Below are positions 43,334-46,142 of a stretch of DNA of 46,142 bases, one piece after another. The notes below the pieces were generated by a model that did not search any database, was not told the origin of the DNA, and worked only from the letters and a program-made list of their open reading frames with translations. Both the position numbers and the translations under genes were made by a program. Source of the stretch: Escherichia phage ULINTec7; the sequence record MZ997841.1, one strand, 5' to 3'. How positions within the stretch are numbered: the stretch's first letter is position 1; every line of letters starts with the position of its first letter.

Positions 43334-45769
43334 ATGATTCAAAGACTAGGTTCTTCATTAGTTAAATTCAAGAGTAAGATAGCGGGTGCAATCTGGCGCA
43401 ACTTGGATGACAAGCTCACCGAGGTTGTATCTCTTAAGGACTTTGGGGCCAAAGGTGATGGTAAGACTAACGACCAAGATGCAGTAAATGCAGCGATGGC
43501 TTCAGGTAAGAGAATTGACGGTGCTGGTGCTACTTACAAAGTATCATCTTTACCTGATATGGAGCGGTTCTATAATACACGCTTCGTATGGGAACGTTTA
43601 GCGGGTCAACCTCTTTACTATGTGAGTAAAGGTTTTATCAATGGTGAACTCTATAAAATCACGGATAATCCTTATTACAATGCTTGGCCTCAAGACAAAG
43701 CGTTTGTATATGAGAATGTGATATATGCACCTTACATGGGTAGCGACCGTCACGGTGTTAGTCGTCTGCATGTATCATGGGTTAAGTCTGGTGACGATGG
43801 TCAAACATGGTCTACTCCAGAGTGGTTAACTGCCCTGCATCCAGATTACCCTACAGTGAACTATCATTGTATGAGTATGGGTGTATGTCGCAACCGTCTG
43901 TTTGCCATGATTGAAACACGTACTTTAGCCAAGAACGCACTAACCAATTGTGCATTGTGGGACCGCCCCATGTCTCGTAGTCTGCATCTCACTGGTGGTA
44001 TCACTAAAGCTGCAAATCAGCGATATGCAACAATACATGTACCAGATCACGGACTATTCGTGGGTGATTTTGTTAACTTCTCTAACTCTGCGGTAACAGG
44101 TGTATCAGGTGATATGGCTGTTGCAACTGTAATAGATAAGGACAACTTCACGGTTCTTACACCTAACCAGCAGACTTCAGATTTGAATAACGCTGGAAAA
44201 AGTTGGCACATGGGTACTTCTTTCCATAAGTCTCCATGGCGTAAGACAGATCTTGGTCTAATCCCTCGTGTCACAGAGGTGCATAGCTTTGCTACTATTG
44301 ATAATAATGGCTTTGTTATGGGCTATCATCAAGGTGATGTAGCTCCACGAGAAGTTGGGCTTTTCTACTTCCCTGATGCTTTCAATAGCCCATCTAATTA
44401 TGTTCGTCGTCAGATACCATCTGAGTATGAACCAGATGCGTCAGAACCATGCATCAAGTACTATGACGGTGTATTATACCTTATCACTCGTGGCACTCGT
44501 GGTGACAGACTTGGAAGCTCTTTGCATCGTAGTAGAGATATAGGTCAGACTTGGGAGTCACTAAGATTTCCACATAATGTGCATCATACTACTTTACCGT
44601 TTGCTAAGGTAGGAGATGACCTTATTATGTTTGGTTCAGAACGTGCAGAAAACGAATGGGAAGCAGGTGCACCAGATGATCGTTACAAGGCATCTTATCC
44701 TCGTACCTTCTATGCACGATTGAATGTAAACAAATGGAATGCAGATGATATTGAATGGGTTAACATCACAGACCAAATCTATCAGGGTGACATTGTGAAC
44801 TCTAGTGTAGGTGTAGGTTCTGTTGTAGTTAAAGACAGCTACATTTACTATATCTTTGGTGGTGAAAACCATTTCAACCCAATGACTTATGGTGACAACA
44901 AAGATAAAGATCCATTTAAAGGCCACGGACACCCTACTGATATATACTGCTATAAGATGCAGATTGCAAATGACAATCGTGTATCTCGTAAGTTTACATA
45001 TGGTGCAACTCCTGGTCAAGCTATACCTACTTTCATGGGTACTGATGGTGTTCGTATTATCCCTGCTCCACTTCACTTAGCAGGAGAGGTGGTTGCAGCA
45101 GATATTACTGTCGAACATCTTACCCTGAAGGCAAGTACAAGTGCTGATATTCGCTCAGAGATGCTGATGGAAGGTGAGTATGGGTTTATTGGTAAAACTA
45201 TACCAACGGATAACCCGACAGCCCAACGTGTTATCATATCTGGTGGAGATGGTACAGCAGCAGATAAAGGTGCGCAAATTACCTTACACGGAGCAGGTTC
45301 TAGTACCTCTAGACGCGCAGTATATAATGCCAATGAGCACTTGTTCCAAAGTGGGGCCATTATGCCATACAATGATAACGTGTACCCTGCTGGCGGTCCT
45401 CGTAATAGATTCACTACTATCCACCTTACAAGTGACCCTATTATTACGTCTGATGCCACTCATAAGTACGGCTCACAAGGTATTGATGAGCAAGTACTAA
45501 AGGCATGGGGTAAGGTTTACTTCAAGCAGTACAAGTTGATTGGCGAGATGTCTCGTGGTGTACATCACACTCACTTTGGTGTATTGGCACAAGATATTGT
45601 AGCTGCTTTTGCATCCGAAGGGTTAGATGCAATCGACTTCGGCATTGTCTCCTTCGAAGAAGGTCAGTTTGGTGTTAGATATAGTGAAATCTTAATCTTG
45701 GAAGCTGCCTATACTCGCTATCGTCTTGATAAATTAGAGGAGATGTATGCCGCTAATAAAATCAGTTAA
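43334..45769 (+). CDS. Tailspike 2: endosialidase-like (endo-N-acetylneuraminidase) with C-terminal intramolecular chaperone domain
   Basis: 811 aa. Two Asp-box motifs, SGDDGQTW and SRDIGQTW. N-terminal DFGAKGDGKTNDQDAVNAA. C-terminal TSDATHK...GVRYSEILILEAA chaperone-like region. AAGGAGG SD. Confidence 0.8.
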   Translation: MIQRLGSSLVKFKSKIAGAIWRNLDDKLTEVVSLKDFGAKGDGKTNDQDAVNAAMASGKRIDGAGATYKVSSLPDMERFYNTRFVWERLAGQPLYYVSKGFINGELYKITDNPYYNAWPQDKAFVYENVIYAPYMGSDRHGVSRLHVSWVKSGDDGQTWSTPEWLTALHPDYPTVNYHCMSMGVCRNRLFAMIETRTLAKNALTNCALWDRPMSRSLHLTGGITKAANQRYATIHVPDHGLFVGDFVNFSNSAVTGVSGDMAVATVIDKDNFTVLTPNQQTSDLNNAGKSWHMGTSFHKSPWRKTDLGLIPRVTEVHSFATIDNNGFVMGYHQGDVAPREVGLFYFPDAFNSPSNYVRRQIPSEYEPDASEPCIKYYDGVLYLITRGTRGDRLGSSLHRSRDIGQTWESLRFPHNVHHTTLPFAKVGDDLIMFGSERAENEWEAGAPDDRYKASYPRTFYARLNVNKWNADDIEWVNITDQIYQGDIVNSSVGVGSVVVKDSYIYYIFGGENHFNPMTYGDNKDKDPFKGHGHPTDIYCYKMQIANDNRVSRKFTYGATPGQAIPTFMGTDGVRIIPAPLHLAGEVVAADITVEHLTLKASTSADIRSEMLMEGEYGFIGKTIPTDNPTAQRVIISGGDGTAADKGAQITLHGAGSSTSRRAVYNANEHLFQSGAIMPYNDNVYPAGGPRNRFTTIHLTSDPIITSDATHKYGSQGIDEQVLKAWGKVYFKQYKLIGEMSRGVHHTHFGVLAQDIVAAFASEGLDAIDFGIVSFEEGQFGVRYSEILILEAAYTRYRLDKLEEMYAANKIS

Positions 45770-45896
45770 GCAATCTGCTGTACGCCAGAACACAGAAGAA
45801 CCCATTCAATCAGGACGTGACCCTAAGCAGGCTCATGCCATTGCAAAGGATGTACAACGTCGTGCCTTGAATAAACCTTCTGCATCTTCTGCTTAA
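45747..45896 (+). CDS. Hypothetical small protein (49 aa)
   Basis: Hand-translated ORF overlapping the endosialidase stop; weak call. Confidence 0.2.
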   Translation: MPLIKSVKQSAVRQNTEEPIQSGRDPKQAHAIAKDVQRRALNKPSASSA

Positions 45897-45904
45897 GCAG
45901 GTTA

Positions 45905-46030
45905 ATATCTTAGTGTACACAAGGGCAGACTTAGGTTTGCTCTTAGTGTCCTCAAAGGAGGTTGTAGGTATGTTATCGTTGTTGTGTATACTAAGTGATG
46001 TCCTAGGTCGTAAGAGGTACATTCTTAGTG
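45905..46030. repeat. Right-end copies of the CTTAGTG short repeat
   Basis: TCTTAGTG at 45908-45915, 45941-45948 and 46023-46030; ACTTAGG at 45929-45935; an inverted copy CTAAGTG near 45991. Confidence 0.6.
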
Positions 46031-46142
46031 AAGACCAAATAAGGGACGAGAAGATACGGAGGTCGCTCACAAAGTAACCAAAGTCAAAATTTTGATACAG
46101 GCGTGTGTGAGGTGTCTCGCCCTCGCCCTCGCCGGGTTGTCC

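Noticed and set aside
1-46142. tRNA genes or CRISPR arrays
   Set aside because: No cloverleaf-like segments in intergenic regions were evident, and the only regular short repeats (CTTAGTG, the palindrome family) lack the repeat-spacer periodicity of CRISPR.

Overview
The window reads as a near-complete genome of a T7-supergroup podophage with SP6/K1-5-like gene order, with every credible gene on the + strand. Layout: non-coding left end with short-repeat arrays and host-type promoters; small early ORFs including an Ocr DNA-mimic homolog; single-subunit RNA polymerase (3612-6239); an AT-rich origin-like region; a replication module (primase-helicase, two HNH endonucleases, DNA polymerase, SSB-like protein, exonuclease, endonuclease VII, phosphoesterase, ligase, GNAT acetyltransferase); a structural module (portal, scaffold, capsid, tail tube A/B, three internal virion proteins, tail-fibre adaptor); holin and terminase; endolysin and small lysis ORFs; and two tailspikes, the second an endosialidase-like protein with Asp-boxes. 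At least 14 copies of a phage-RNAP promoter consensus TATTTACTGGACACTATAGAAG (SP6-like) are present. The most notable observation is that the primase-helicase gene is interrupted inside its Walker A codons by a ~787-nt insertion carrying an HNH homing endonuclease, with features consistent with a group I intron. Other observations: a six-copy conserved palindromic hairpin family, two related AT-rich origin-like elements, CTTAGTG repeat arrays at both ends, three proteins with acidic C-terminal tails ending in an aromatic residue, and a tandem pair of small paralogs. All calls rest on reading the sequence and on recalled family motifs; no database search was run.
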